Positions 1 to 9,333 of a stretch of 64,000 nucleotides of DNA are shown piece after piece (positions within the stretch are counted from its first letter, which is position 1; each line of letters begins with the position of its first letter). This DNA comes from Patescibacteria group bacterium (lineage in GTDB: Bacteria; Patescibacteriota; Minisyncoccia; Phycocordibacterales; Phycocordibacteraceae). Under the pieces are notes generated by a model. That model did no database searches and had not been told where the DNA came from. It was given only the letters and a program-made list of their open reading frames with translations. Location of the stretch: positions 618,394 to 682,393 of the forward strand of contig JAIELV010000001.1 of the NCBI GenBank assembly GCA_019752595.1, given 5' to 3'. The position numbers and the translations under genes are program-made.

Positions 1-1026
1 CGCAATCATTTCGGTCACCAAGGGCGGATAGAGTTTCGGATATTTGTTGAACGTTGCCGACATCTGCCCGCCCTTCGTTACCTCTTCCTCTGCCTCACTC
101 AGTACTTTTTTATAAAATGCATTTTCTAGGACGTCCCGAGTAATCCCGATAGAGAGGACAACATCCACGCCCGCGGAGAGAAGCGACGCCAGTGTACGGG
201 TAGTGCGTGCGGCATTTGTTTCCATAATCAATCCGCTGATAATTGGAATGCGTAAGAAAATCCAATTTGAAACGAGCTTTCCCGTTGGTGTGTTCATCGC
301 CCACATAAACGCACCTACAAATGCCGCCATTAACGTGAGCGCTACGAAGGTATTGTTTGCAAGAAATTCTGAAGCAACAATTATTGCTTCTGTTGTCGGC
401 GGGAGTTCAGTGCCCAACTCTCTAAATGTCTGCGTCAGTGTGGGCACGACAAACATGAGCATCAAAATGCCGATGCCCACCATCGCAAAAAGAACGATGG
501 AAGGATATATGAGCGCGCCTTTCACTTTTTTCGTCAGATTTGATGCGCGTTCCATTTGCGTGCCCACCACACGAAGCGATTCCGCAAGTTTTCCTGATTC
601 TTCACCTGCGCGCGTCATTGAAATCATGAGCTGTGAAAATACTGCGGGGTATTTTGCGAATGCAGAGGAAAGCGTGGCTCCGCGCTTCACTTCAGCAATC
701 AGAGAGCCAATAACTGACTGGAAATAGGGGTTTTTACTCTGGCGTTCCATCACCGAAAGTGCGCGCGAGGTGGTGAGCCCCGCTTCAAGCATGGCAGCAA
801 GGTTTCTCGTCAAAACTACTTTGTCATCAAGCGCGATGGGATTCAAAAGCGAGGTAATAAAAGACGACGAGAAAAACTGCGACGTGGAGGTTTCTTCTTC
901 AATCTCCAGCACGCGCTCTCCACGTTCGCGTACGTCGCGATACACCGCAAAGCGGTCTACAGCTTCAATCACTTCTTGTGATTTTTCTCCATCCTTCCCC
1001 GCAACTGATACTTTAAATTTAGCCAT
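1..1026 (-). CDS. pilC: Type IV pilus / type II secretion platform protein PilC/GspF, 3'-truncated by window edge
   Basis: Manual translation of the minus strand from an ATG at 1026 gives MAKFKVSVAGKDGEKS... It continues through the conserved GspF motifs and polytopic TM segments and stays open to position 1. It lies directly downstream of pilB. The plus-strand ORFs 203..727 and 770..1108 are antisense artefacts. Confidence 0.8.
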   Translation of the reverse strand, partial: MAKFKVSVAGKDGEKSQEVIEAVDRFAVYRDVRERGERVLEIEEETSTSQFFSSSFITSLLNPIALDDKVVLTRNLAAMLEAGLTTSRALSVMERQSKNPYFQSVIGSLIAEVKRGATLSSAFAKYPAVFSQLMISMTRAGEESGKLAESLRVVGTQMERASNLTKKVKGALIYPSIVLFAMVGIGILMLMFVVPTLTQTFRELGTELPPTTEAIIVASEFLANNTFVALTLMAAFVGAFMWAMNTPTGKLVSNWIFLRIPIISGLIMETNAARTTRTLASLLSAGVDVVLSIGITRDVLENAFYKKVLSEAEEEVTKGGQMSATFNKYPKLYPPLVTEMIA

Positions 1027-1047
1027 GTTCCCTTTAAATTTTTTGTG

Positions 1048-2784
1048 TTACTCAGCGACAACGCGCAGTACTTCATCAATCGTAGTAATGCCGAGCGCAG
1101 CTTTATAGATACCGTCCTCGAGCATGGTCAGCATACCCTCCTTTTTTGCTTGTGTTTCAATTTCTTCTGCGGGTGCGCCTTTTAAAATCAGATTTCTGAC
1201 TTCGTGCGTGACAGGAAGTATTTCGTGAATACCAATACGCGCAGAAAAACCGTCAGGGCACATCCCGCCGACTTTCGGTTTATAAAACGGAACTTGTTTT
1301 AAGGTTGCTTTTGGTGGAATTTTTTTCTCTTCTTTCAAAACACTCAATACGTGGTCGACGTCAACCGCTTTTTCAAGTTGCTTTACCTCATCATCAGAAA
1401 GTAAATACTCTTCTCTATCGGCGCACAATTTTCTTACCAAGCGCTGACCAACAATAACGCGAAGTGTGGAAACCAAAAGAAACGGTTCTGCCCCCATGTC
1501 GACAAATCGAGGAATGGTTGCAGACGCAGAATTGGTGTGCAGAGTTGAAAGCACCAAGTGCCCTGTGAGCGATGCGTTAATCGCCAAGGACGCCGTTTCA
1601 GTATCGCGAATTTCGCCGACCATGATAACGTCGGGGTCTTGGCGCAACAGCGCGCGCAAGCCCTGCGCGAATGTAAACCCGATATCAGGCCGAACCTGCG
1701 TTTGATTCACACGTGCCATTTGATACTCAATCGGATCTTCAACGGTTGAAATGTTTACGTCAGGGGTGTTCACAATATCCAAAACAGTGTAGAGCGTGGT
1801 GGTTTTACCAGAGCCTGTAGGCCCTGTAACCAAAATCATGCCTGTCGATTGCTTTGTTGCACTGTGAATGTGCTCCAAGCCAGCGCCGTGGAATCCCAAG
1901 GATTCGAGTGTGTACCCGCCCCCGCCTTCACGCAGAAGTCGCATGACAATTTTTTCTCCGTAGTAGGTGGGCAATACCGACACACGGAAGCTGACACGCT
2001 CACCGTCTGCCTCGATTTTAAAACGACCGTCCTGGGGAAGTCTTTTTTCGTCCAATTTCAAACGCGACAGCACTTTGATGCGTGCAGTGATTCCTGAAGC
2101 AGTGTTCTTTGGCAATTCCATGGCGTCATGCAAAATGCCGTCGATGCGGTAACGAATGAGTAGTTGTTCTTCCAGAGGTTCTATATGAATGTCGGATGCT
2201 CCTTGAATAACTGCGTGACGTAAGAGCGTGTCTACAATTTTGACGACGGGGACATCTTCTGCCAATTTTTGCAATCCGCGCTCATCGAGGTTCACGGATT
2301 CGTTCATCGTCAGCGATGCATGCTTGATGATGTCGCCGAATTCATCTTTCAAAGACTTCTGATAGATCAAAAGCGCGCTTTTGAGTGAAGCTGAGTCTGT
2401 GAGGCGTGGCAAAATTTTGAGCCCGACTTTCTTTTTTATGAAATCGATAGCTGAGAGATCGTTCGTATCGAGCATGGCGACCTCCAAAGAATCTGCATTC
2501 TTCTTATAGGCAACCACATTGTGCGTACGCGCAATCGGTTCAGGTATTAAGGAGAGGACTGCAAAATCTATTTTCGTGCCTGAAAGTGAAACAAACGGAA
2601 TACCTAATATATGAGCCTGCATTCGGCGCAAATCATCTTCGCCAAGCGCCCCCAAAGACACCAAGGCATGCGCCAAAGACTGGCCTTTATCCTTCGCGGA
2701 GCGCTCTGCCTGTTCAACGTCTTTTCGGGCAACAAGGCCAGAATCGAGTACGAACGCCTTTAATTGAGCATCTGTCGTCTGCAC
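1048..2784 (-). CDS. pilB: Type IV pilus assembly ATPase PilB / GspE family
   Basis: 578 aa with a GspE N-domain, Walker A GPTGSGKTTT, Asp/His boxes and a C-terminal cysteine tetrad. Confidence 0.9.
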   Translation of the reverse strand: MQTTDAQLKAFVLDSGLVARKDVEQAERSAKDKGQSLAHALVSLGALGEDDLRRMQAHILGIPFVSLSGTKIDFAVLSLIPEPIARTHNVVAYKKNADSLEVAMLDTNDLSAIDFIKKKVGLKILPRLTDSASLKSALLIYQKSLKDEFGDIIKHASLTMNESVNLDERGLQKLAEDVPVVKIVDTLLRHAVIQGASDIHIEPLEEQLLIRYRIDGILHDAMELPKNTASGITARIKVLSRLKLDEKRLPQDGRFKIEADGERVSFRVSVLPTYYGEKIVMRLLREGGGGYTLESLGFHGAGLEHIHSATKQSTGMILVTGPTGSGKTTTLYTVLDIVNTPDVNISTVEDPIEYQMARVNQTQVRPDIGFTFAQGLRALLRQDPDVIMVGEIRDTETASLAINASLTGHLVLSTLHTNSASATIPRFVDMGAEPFLLVSTLRVIVGQRLVRKLCADREEYLLSDDEVKQLEKAVDVDHVLSVLKEEKKIPPKATLKQVPFYKPKVGGMCPDGFSARIGIHEILPVTHEVRNLILKGAPAEEIETQAKKEGMLTMLEDGIYKAALGITTIDEVLRVVAE

Positions 2785-2857
2785 ATATATAAGAGTAACA
2801 CCGAAAAACGGCTAGATTAGTGGGTTTCAGAGAATTTTGTGTACTCAAAAACAAAAA

Positions 2858-2886
2858 TTGACACCCGAAGCGGTTTGCGGTAAACT
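2858..2886 (+). promoter_or_regulatory. Sigma70-like promoter upstream of nusA (TTGACA-N17-TAAACT)
   Basis: TTGACA at 2858-2863, a 17-nt spacer, and TAAACT at 2881-2886. Confidence 0.45.
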
Positions 2887-3027
2887 ACGTGGGTTGAGTT
2901 TCCCTCCTTCGGGTCCGCGCGTGCGGGCTCTTTTTTTTAGAAAAATAAGGAGGGACACCGACTGTATTTTTCTTATCCAACTTTGGGTTAGAAAAATAAG
3001 GAGGAGTACCAACATAAAAATCTAATC

Positions 3028-4305
3028 ATGTTTGATCTCAAAACAATAAACCTCGTGATGGAACAGCTCGCGGAAGAACGCGGCATCCCGAAAGAAAAAA
3101 TGCTTGAAGCGATTGAAGGCGCTCTTGCAACTGCATACAACCGAGAATACGGAAAGCGCGGACGCGTGGTGCGTGCTCACTTTGATATGTCGACAGGCAG
3201 TGTGGACTTCTACCAGATAAAAACTGTTGTTGACCCGAACGAAGTGTACATGGACGAGCCTGAAGAAGTTGGAAAGAAGAAATATGACGCCCCAGGAGAT
3301 GTGGAAGACGAGAAAGTGCACTACAACGAGGAAAAACATTTATTCGTTGAAGACGCGAAGCGTATTAAACGCGATGCAAAAATTGGAGATGAAATAGTCT
3401 TCCCTCTTGAAAAGAAAACCGATTTCGGAAGAATTGCTGCACAAACTGCAAAGCAGGTCATTATGCAGAAAATCCGCGAAGCAGAACGCGCATCAGTGGT
3501 GCAAGAGTTCGGCGGTAAAGAAGGCGACATCGTACACGGAGTCGTGCAACGCATTGAACGCGGGAACTTGTACATCGACCTTGGGCGCGCAACAGGCATC
3601 ATGCCGTACCACGAGCAGATTCCTGGTGAGCGTTACCGCCCAGGAGAGCGCATTCGTGCGTACCTCTTCTCAGTAGAAGAAGGCATGCGCGGCGTTTTCC
3701 TTCGCCTTTCACGTTCGCACCCGAAGTTTTTGGAAAAACTTTTTGAACTTGAAGTGCCCGAGCTCGCAAGCGGTTCAGTGCTTATCAAAGCAGTTGCGCG
3801 TGAAGCTGGGGGAAGATCGAAAATTGCCGTACAAGCAACTGATGAACGTATTGACCCTGTGGGCGCTTTGGTAGGTCAGCGCGGCGTTCGTGTTTCAACT
3901 GTCATGAGTGAGCTTGGAGGAGAGAGGATCGACATTATTGAATGGTCTGAAAACACTGTGCAGTTTATTGAAGACGCACTCTCCCCTGCAAACGTTCTTT
4001 CAGTTACTCTGAACGAAGAAGACCGTCGTGCGAAAGTTGAAGTCTCTGAAGACCAGCAGTCGTTGGCGATTGGTCGTGGAGGTCAGAACGTGCGCTTGGC
4101 AGCAAAACTCACTGGGTGGTCTATCGACATTCAGGCAGTTGGCGGTAAAGCACCTGAAGAGAGTGTGACTGCAGACGCGGAAACCGCAACGCCAGTTGTT
4201 GTTGATGAAAACGAGGGCGACGCTATTGGACTCCCCGAAGAAGCAGTGGAGGAACAAAAATCTGATATCGTGGAAGAAGGAGAAAATTCTGAAGTTAAAA
4301 ACTAG
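3028..4305 (+). CDS. nusA: Transcription termination/antitermination factor NusA
   Basis: 425 aa with NusA N-domain, S1 and tandem KH domains, and an acidic C-terminus. An AAGGAGG Shine-Dalgarno sits 8 nt upstream. Confidence 0.93.
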   Translation: MFDLKTINLVMEQLAEERGIPKEKMLEAIEGALATAYNREYGKRGRVVRAHFDMSTGSVDFYQIKTVVDPNEVYMDEPEEVGKKKYDAPGDVEDEKVHYNEEKHLFVEDAKRIKRDAKIGDEIVFPLEKKTDFGRIAAQTAKQVIMQKIREAERASVVQEFGGKEGDIVHGVVQRIERGNLYIDLGRATGIMPYHEQIPGERYRPGERIRAYLFSVEEGMRGVFLRLSRSHPKFLEKLFELEVPELASGSVLIKAVAREAGGRSKIAVQATDERIDPVGALVGQRGVRVSTVMSELGGERIDIIEWSENTVQFIEDALSPANVLSVTLNEEDRRAKVEVSEDQQSLAIGRGGQNVRLAAKLTGWSIDIQAVGGKAPEESVTADAETATPVVVDENEGDAIGLPEEAVEEQKSDIVEEGENSEVKN

Positions 4306-4324
4306 CATCTAAAACCTGACACAT

Positions 4325-4855
4325 ATGAACTTGTGGCATGACATTGAACCAGGCGAGGCTGACGCGATGAACGTCATCATCGAAACTCCAAAAGGTTCTC
4401 ACAACAAATACGAAATTGATAAAAAAACAGGACTCATTAAATTGGATCGTGCGAATTATAATTCCGCTCCGTATCCTTTTGACTACGGTTTTGTACCGCA
4501 AACGTACTGGGAAGACGGCGATGCTTTGGACGTGATGGTGCTTTCCACGTTCCCCTTGTTTCCTGGCGCATTGGTATCTGTTCGCCCTGTAGCTCTCATG
4601 GAAATGACCGACGATGGTGATTCTGACAACAAAATTGTTGGCGTTCCTGTTGACGACAGACGCTGGGACGATGTTAAAGACGTGACCGACCTCAATGCGC
4701 ATGGACTCAAGGAATACAAAAACTTCTTTGAAACATTGAAGATGCTCAAATCGAAGCCCGCGGTAGTCACGGTGCATGGGTTTAAACCTGCTTCGGATGC
4801 AAAAGCTGCCTTTGCTCATTCTTTGGATCTCTACAAAAAAGAGTTTAAGAAATAA
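4325..4855 (+). CDS. ppa: Inorganic pyrophosphatase
   Basis: 176 aa, family I PPase. Conserved motifs include DGDALDV and YGFVPQT. Confidence 0.9.
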   Translation: MNLWHDIEPGEADAMNVIIETPKGSHNKYEIDKKTGLIKLDRANYNSAPYPFDYGFVPQTYWEDGDALDVMVLSTFPLFPGALVSVRPVALMEMTDDGDSDNKIVGVPVDDRRWDDVKDVTDLNAHGLKEYKNFFETLKMLKSKPAVVTVHGFKPASDAKAAFAHSLDLYKKEFKK

Positions 4856-4868
4856 CCGATCCCCAAAA

Positions 4869-4895
4869 CCCCCCTCCAAAAGAGGGGGGTTTTTG
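4869..4895 (+). terminator. Rho-independent terminator after ppa
   Basis: The stem cccccctc pairs with gagggggg around a caaaa loop, followed by a tttttg tail. Confidence 0.75.
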
Positions 4896-4996
4896 AAAGT
4901 TTCCCCACTGTATTCCGTCTTCAGAAATAGGCTTCGGGGGTATACTGACCGAAGACGAGCTCTTCTACTATTATTTATTTTTAATACACAGACTCT

Positions 4997-5710
4997 ATGA
5001 CAGCATCCTATAAAGTGACCGTGGTTTCTCTTCTTTCAGTGCTTATGTTATTTGCCTTTGCATCATTTGCATACGCTGAAGATACGGCAACAACCGCAGG
5101 AACCGCCGAAACGGGCACAACAAATACAGGTACGCCTCCACCGCCCCGCCCGCCGAAACCTTTGCCTGGCGCAATGCAAGAGCGAAAAGAAAATATGCAG
5201 GAGCGCGCAGCAACTATTAAAGAGAACATGCTTGAGCGCGCCTCGACAACTAAAGGCAATATCCAGGAACGCAAAGAAAACAGAATTGAGAATCGTGATG
5301 AGCGCGTAAAGATGGCAACAAAAAGACTTGGCTCCTTGGTGATGGCGCACATCGAGAGAATTGGAAAGATGATTGACCGCATACAGTCACGTGCAGACAA
5401 ACTACAGGCTAGTGGCGCAGATACGGCATCGGCTGAAGCAGACCTCGCCTCTGCAAAGGCAAAACTTGCCGAAGCAAAAACAAAATTGAGCGCACTTTCT
5501 GCAACGGCAATATTTATCTTGAACGCAAATTCCCTCGCAGCAGCATCCGAAAGTATCACCACATCAAAAGCGGCGTTTGAAGAGGTTCGTGGACTCATCA
5601 AAGAAGCGCACGACCTCATGCGGAGCGCAGTTGAAAAACTGAAATCTGCGGCGCAAGCAGCAGGGCTTGGTACAAACGAAGCCGTACAAAATTCAGAACC
5701 TCAGCAATAA
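4997..5710 (+). CDS. Secreted repeat-containing coiled-coil protein (hypothetical)
   Basis: 237 aa with signal peptide MTASYKVTVVSLLSVLMLFAFASFAYA. It carries reiterated ENMQER / ENIQER / ENRIENRDER heptad-like motifs and an Ala-rich helical C-terminus. The antisense ORF 5008..5619 is rejected. Confidence 0.6.
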   Translation: MTASYKVTVVSLLSVLMLFAFASFAYAEDTATTAGTAETGTTNTGTPPPPRPPKPLPGAMQERKENMQERAATIKENMLERASTTKGNIQERKENRIENRDERVKMATKRLGSLVMAHIERIGKMIDRIQSRADKLQASGADTASAEADLASAKAKLAEAKTKLSALSATAIFILNANSLAAASESITTSKAAFEEVRGLIKEAHDLMRSAVEKLKSAAQAAGLGTNEAVQNSEPQQ

Positions 5711-5734
5711 TTTAATAACTAAACTCGAAATTGT

Positions 5735-6061
5735 ATGACTATGGACCAAATGACCCCCGCCCCAGCACCTGCCCCCGAAATGCCGAAGAAAGAGGGCGGA
5801 ACGGGAGGTGTGATCGCGATAATTGTCATCGTAGTGCTTCTCGCACTTGGTGGTATCTATTACCTCATGACTTCAGGCAGCGCAATGCTCCCTGTGGACG
5901 AGGCTATGCCAACAATGCAGGAAGTGCAAAATTCAAACGACCCTGATGTGCAAGCAACAATGCAACAGGGCTCGTCTGACGCACTTGCGGACATAGAGGC
6001 TGATATGGGCTCAACTGACTTCACTAGTCTTGATGCCGAAATCAACAATCTCGGTCAATGA
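5735..6061 (+). CDS. Small single-pass membrane protein (hypothetical)
   Basis: 108 aa with a Pro-Ala N-terminus, one strongly hydrophobic helix and an acidic C-terminus. A strong terminator follows. Confidence 0.5.
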   Translation: MTMDQMTPAPAPAPEMPKKEGGTGGVIAIIVIVVLLALGGIYYLMTSGSAMLPVDEAMPTMQEVQNSNDPDVQATMQQGSSDALADIEADMGSTDFTSLDAEINNLGQ

Positions 6062-6074
6062 TTTGAACGAAAAA

Positions 6075-6108
6075 CGCCCAGCCCTCTTAGCGAGGGCTGG
6101 GCGTTTTT
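6075..6108 (+). terminator. Rho-independent terminator
   Basis: 12-bp stem cgcccagccctc / gagggctgggcg followed by ttttt. Confidence 0.85.
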
Positions 6109-6139
6109 AATTTTGAGCGAAACACGGTAGTATTGCCCG

Positions 6140-7201
6140 ATGCAAACGAAAAAAGACATAAAGAAAAATGCCGAGGTTTCGATAACAGGCGCTTTGCCGA
6201 AAGATACAGTTGCGGCTCACGTAGAAAAAACACTCTCAAAAATACAGAAAGATATTGCGATGCCAGGCTTTCGCAAAGGGAAAGTCCCTCTGGCAAAAGT
6301 GCGTGAATCTGTGGGAGAAAAAGCCCTTTGGAGGGAAGCTGCTGAAAGCGCGCTGAACCAGGAGCTGGAATCAATACTCAAAGAGCATGATGTGATGCCG
6401 ATTATGCCCGTGGGCGCAGCACTCAAACCAAGTGATGTTGATGCTGATGTAGAGTTTGAAATTATTGCTGTTGTTGCCCCCACGTGCTCGATTGATGACT
6501 ATAAATCAGTTGCGGAAAAGGCGATTTCGAAAATGCCGAAGTTAGACGAAGAAAAAGAGATAGAAACAGCAAAGACAGCACTTCGCGCACAGGCTCGTGC
6601 CATGACGAAATCAACTGGCGATGGCCCGTTAACTGATGAAGAAGCAAAGATTCTTGGATTTGAAAATGCGACCGCTTTTGAATTCTTTTTGACAGGAGAA
6701 GCCGAACATGCAGTCAAAGACCGTGAAATTCAAAAGAAACGCGGGGCTATCGCTGAGGCGCTTATTGAAAAGGGGGCATGCAGTATTCCGAACGTCCTCA
6801 TCGGCGAAGAAGCTATGCGTCTACTGGATGCCACAAAAAAGGACATTGCTTCGCAGGGACTTCCTTTTAATGACTACCTCAAGCAAACTGGAAAAACCGA
6901 AGAGCAGATTCGTGATGAACTGAGGACGCCAGCAGAAAAACGCGTTGCGCTCGACGTTATATTCGCCCAAATTGCGAAGAAAGAAGAAGTGAAGCTTGAT
7001 GCTGCAGAAGAAGACCGCCTTGCACACGCACTTCAGAGTCAGGGCGTTGACCATGAAACCGCTCACCGCTACATCCGTTCCGTCACGATGCGCGAAAGAG
7101 TGTGGGAAATCCTCGGTGTGAAAGCACTCTCTCGTGAATCCACTGAAAAACCAGCAGAATCCGAAGCTGAAGTTACTGAAGAAACAAAAACCCCCGCATA
7201 A
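6140..7201 (+). CDS. tig: Trigger factor, short form probably lacking the PPIase domain
   Basis: 353 aa. The ribosome-binding signature GFRKGKVP is present and the C-terminal chaperone arm is recognisable. It is about 80 aa shorter than canonical trigger factor. Confidence 0.75.
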   Translation: MQTKKDIKKNAEVSITGALPKDTVAAHVEKTLSKIQKDIAMPGFRKGKVPLAKVRESVGEKALWREAAESALNQELESILKEHDVMPIMPVGAALKPSDVDADVEFEIIAVVAPTCSIDDYKSVAEKAISKMPKLDEEKEIETAKTALRAQARAMTKSTGDGPLTDEEAKILGFENATAFEFFLTGEAEHAVKDREIQKKRGAIAEALIEKGACSIPNVLIGEEAMRLLDATKKDIASQGLPFNDYLKQTGKTEEQIRDELRTPAEKRVALDVIFAQIAKKEEVKLDAAEEDRLAHALQSQGVDHETAHRYIRSVTMRERVWEILGVKALSRESTEKPAESEAEVTEETKTPA

Positions 7202-7212
7202 GCGGGGGTTTT
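7191..7212 (+). terminator. Rho-independent terminator overlapping the tig stop codon
   Basis: cccccgc-ataa-gcggggg followed by tttt. Confidence 0.8.
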
Positions 7213-7225
7213 AAGATCACCGAAA

Positions 7226-7480
7226 TTAACAATCTCGGCGAACTATATTGAATCGTCTCGATGCGTCGTCAGGGAAATTAGTCGACTCAGGTAAGTCGTC
7301 TAAGTATCCGTTTCTATCAAGACCGCAAATTGCTTCTGCAAAGCCTTCCCGCTTCGCCTCAACAAGTGCACTTTCCTGAGCTGCTGCATGCCTTCGAGCG
7401 AGCTCTGTACCTATTCCAATACCTGCGGTAGAAGCAACCCCTAACATAGCGAGTGTGAGAAACTCTTTTCTTTTTAGCAT
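7226..7480 (-). CDS. Small secreted/lipo-type protein (hypothetical)
   Basis: 84 aa with an N-terminal hydrophobic signal-like segment. It sits between two terminators. Confidence 0.4.
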   Translation of the reverse strand: MLKRKEFLTLAMLGVASTAGIGIGTELARRHAAAQESALVEAKREGFAEAICGLDRNGYLDDLPESTNFPDDASRRFNIVRRDC

Positions 7481-7636
7481 AGGTTTTATTTATCTTTTAA
7501 TAAAGTCGACCTTACCTAGGTATTGAAGATAGTAGCACGCGATTTCAATATTGTCAAGATTAATTACCAAAATATTTCTTAAATGAGCTTATTTATCAAC
7601 GTTTTTTCTATATAGTAAATATTTTGTTATAAACTA

Positions 7637-7665
7637 TTGACACAAATATACGTTTGATATACAGT
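7637..7665 (+). promoter_or_regulatory. Promoter of TrmB paralog 1 (TTGACA-N17-TACAGT), near-leaderless
   Basis: TTGACA at 7637-7642, and the ATG lies only 8 nt after the -10 box. TrmB paralog 2 at 11583 has the same architecture. Confidence 0.5.
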
Positions 7666-7673
7666 GGATTCTG

Positions 7674-8447
7674 ATGAAAAAAACAGAAAATAAACTTAAA
7701 GAATCACTGATTTCTTTGGGTCTTTCCGACAAAGAAGCATCTGTATACTTGGCGCTTTTGGAGCTTGGCCGCTCAACAGTTTCAAAAATTTCCCGTAAAG
7801 CAGACGTGAATCGTGCAACGGGGTACGTTATCTTGGATTCTTTGGTAAACATGGGTCTTGCGCATATATCTGGCAAAGAACCGAAGCAGGAATACACAGC
7901 TGAATCCCCCGATAACCTCGTGCGTCTGTTACGCGAAAGGAAAACAAAAGCGGAAACGGCTTTGGTGACCGCGGAAGCGCTCGCACTGGAATTGAAATCT
8001 ATACAGAAAAAAGAAGACCGTCCTCAGGTTAAGTTCTATGAGGGTATTGAAGGAATGAAACAGGTGTATGAAGATACCCTCACTTCATCTGAAACGATAC
8101 GCGCCTACGCTGCGGTTGAAGATGTGCACAGCTTATTCGGAAATTATTTTCCTACGTATTACAAGCGCCGCGCCGGAAAAGGCATCAGTATCCGTGCAAT
8201 ATTCCCAGACACCCCCGCATCAATTGAGCGCGCAAAGCTAGACTCGGAGGAAGCGCGAGAGAGTGTGCTTGTGCCGAAAGAAAAATATGAATTCCATCCC
8301 GAAATCAACATCTATGACAACAAAATAATGATTGCCTCATGGCGCGAAAAGCTCGGCATTATTATTGAGAGTAAAGAAATTGCCGAAGCAATGAAAACTG
8401 TTTTTGAACTTTCTTGGATCGGAGCGAAGCACGTTGCGCGCAAATAA
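7674..8447 (+). CDS. TrmB-family transcriptional regulator (paralog 1)
   Basis: 257 aa with an N-terminal winged HTH (LGLSDKEASVYLALLELGRSTVSKISRKADVNRATGYVILDSL) and a C-terminal TrmB-type domain. It shares long identical blocks with paralog 2, including QVKFYEGIEGMKQVYEDTLT and WREKLGIIIESKEIA. Confidence 0.8.
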   Translation: MKKTENKLKESLISLGLSDKEASVYLALLELGRSTVSKISRKADVNRATGYVILDSLVNMGLAHISGKEPKQEYTAESPDNLVRLLRERKTKAETALVTAEALALELKSIQKKEDRPQVKFYEGIEGMKQVYEDTLTSSETIRAYAAVEDVHSLFGNYFPTYYKRRAGKGISIRAIFPDTPASIERAKLDSEEARESVLVPKEKYEFHPEINIYDNKIMIASWREKLGIIIESKEIAEAMKTVFELSWIGAKHVARK

Positions 8448-8478
8448 ATACTACCTGCAGTCTTGTAGCATGTCATCA

Positions 8479-8494
8479 TGTTACCATGGTAACA
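8479..8494. promoter_or_regulatory. 16-bp perfect palindrome TGTTACCATGGTAACA (copy a)
   Basis: Lies in the convergent intergenic space between TrmB-1 and the ABC ATPase. A related copy sits at 19667-19682 in the YerC/sigma promoter region. Confidence 0.4.
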
Positions 8495-8532
8495 CGGTGG
8501 CACCTCACAGGTATGCAGTAGGTTGTCTACTA

Positions 8533-9333
8533 CTATCGAGCAATCATTTCCTCTTCGAAGTCAGCAACTTTTGCCTCTAACTTCTCTACAACCCCTGCAA
8601 TAGTCAATTTCTTTTTTCCCTCACCTGACGCTTCAAACACCACCCGCCCTCGTTCAAGCATTATCAGCCTGTCGCCGTACTTAATTGCGTGATGGATGTT
8701 GTGAGTAATCATGAGTGTCGTTATGTTGTGTTTCCGCACCTCATTGTCAGTCATCCGTAATATTTGTTCAGAAACCCGCGGATCAAGTGCGGCGGTATGC
8801 TCGTCAAGCAATAACAGTTTTGGTTTAATCATGGTCGCCATCAGAAGCGCGACTGACTGCTTTTGCCCTCCTGAAAACAGACTCATCTCGGTTTCAAGTC
8901 TTTTTTCAAGCCCAATTCCGAGAGGCTTCAAAAGTGCCTCAAATTCTGGCCGCCATTCTTTCCGCACTCCTTTCCCTAAGCCTGCTCCGACAACGCGCGC
9001 CTTAGCCATTGCAAGATTTTCCGCAAGCGTCATTGAGGGAACAGTGCTCTCATTCGGATTCTGACGTACGCGAGACACATATGCAGCACGGACGTGCTCG
9101 TCTAAATGGTCAATGCGTGCACCATCAAGAATTATTTTCCCCGAAGTAAGTTCAAGGGAGCCCGCAATCGCATTAAATAGTGACGATTTTCCTGCGGCAT
9201 TTGAGCCGACAATAGTGACGAATTCCCCGCGCTTCAAAGAAAGCGACATATGGTCGAGTGCAGTCACCTCCCCCGCAGTAGCAGGGTTGTATATCTTATA
9301 TAAATTATCGAGTATTAAATATTCGTTTTCCAT
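8533..9333 (-). CDS. ABC transporter ATP-binding protein (COG1101-like)
   Basis: 266 aa with Walker A GSNAAGKSS, an ABC signature LFSGGQKQ and Walker B LLLLDEHTAALD. Confidence 0.88.
   Translation of the reverse strand: MENEYLILDNLYKIYNPATAGEVTALDHMSLSLKRGEFVTIVGSNAAGKSSLFNAIAGSLELTSGKIILDGARIDHLDEHVRAAYVSRVRQNPNESTVPSMTLAENLAMAKARVVGAGLGKGVRKEWRPEFEALLKPLGIGLEKRLETEMSLFSGGQKQSVALLMATMIKPKLLLLDEHTAALDPRVSEQILRMTDNEVRKHNITTLMITHNIHHAIKYGDRLIMLERGRVVFEASGEGKKKLTIAGVVEKLEAKVADFEEEMIAR

Noticed and set aside
203-1108. Plus-strand track ORFs 203..727 and 770..1108
   Set aside because: They are antisense to a clear PilC/GspF coding sequence on the minus strand. The minus-strand translation from 1026 is open to the window edge and carries the GspF motifs.
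5008-5619. 203-aa minus-strand ORF
   Set aside because: It is antisense to the signal-peptide-bearing repeat protein at 4997..5710 and has low-complexity composition.
8479-8494. The TGTTACCATGGTAACA palindrome as an intrinsic terminator for the convergent genes
   Set aside because: It is AT-rich, has at most a 6-bp stem around a CATG loop, and has no flanking T-tract. An operator-like function is more plausible.
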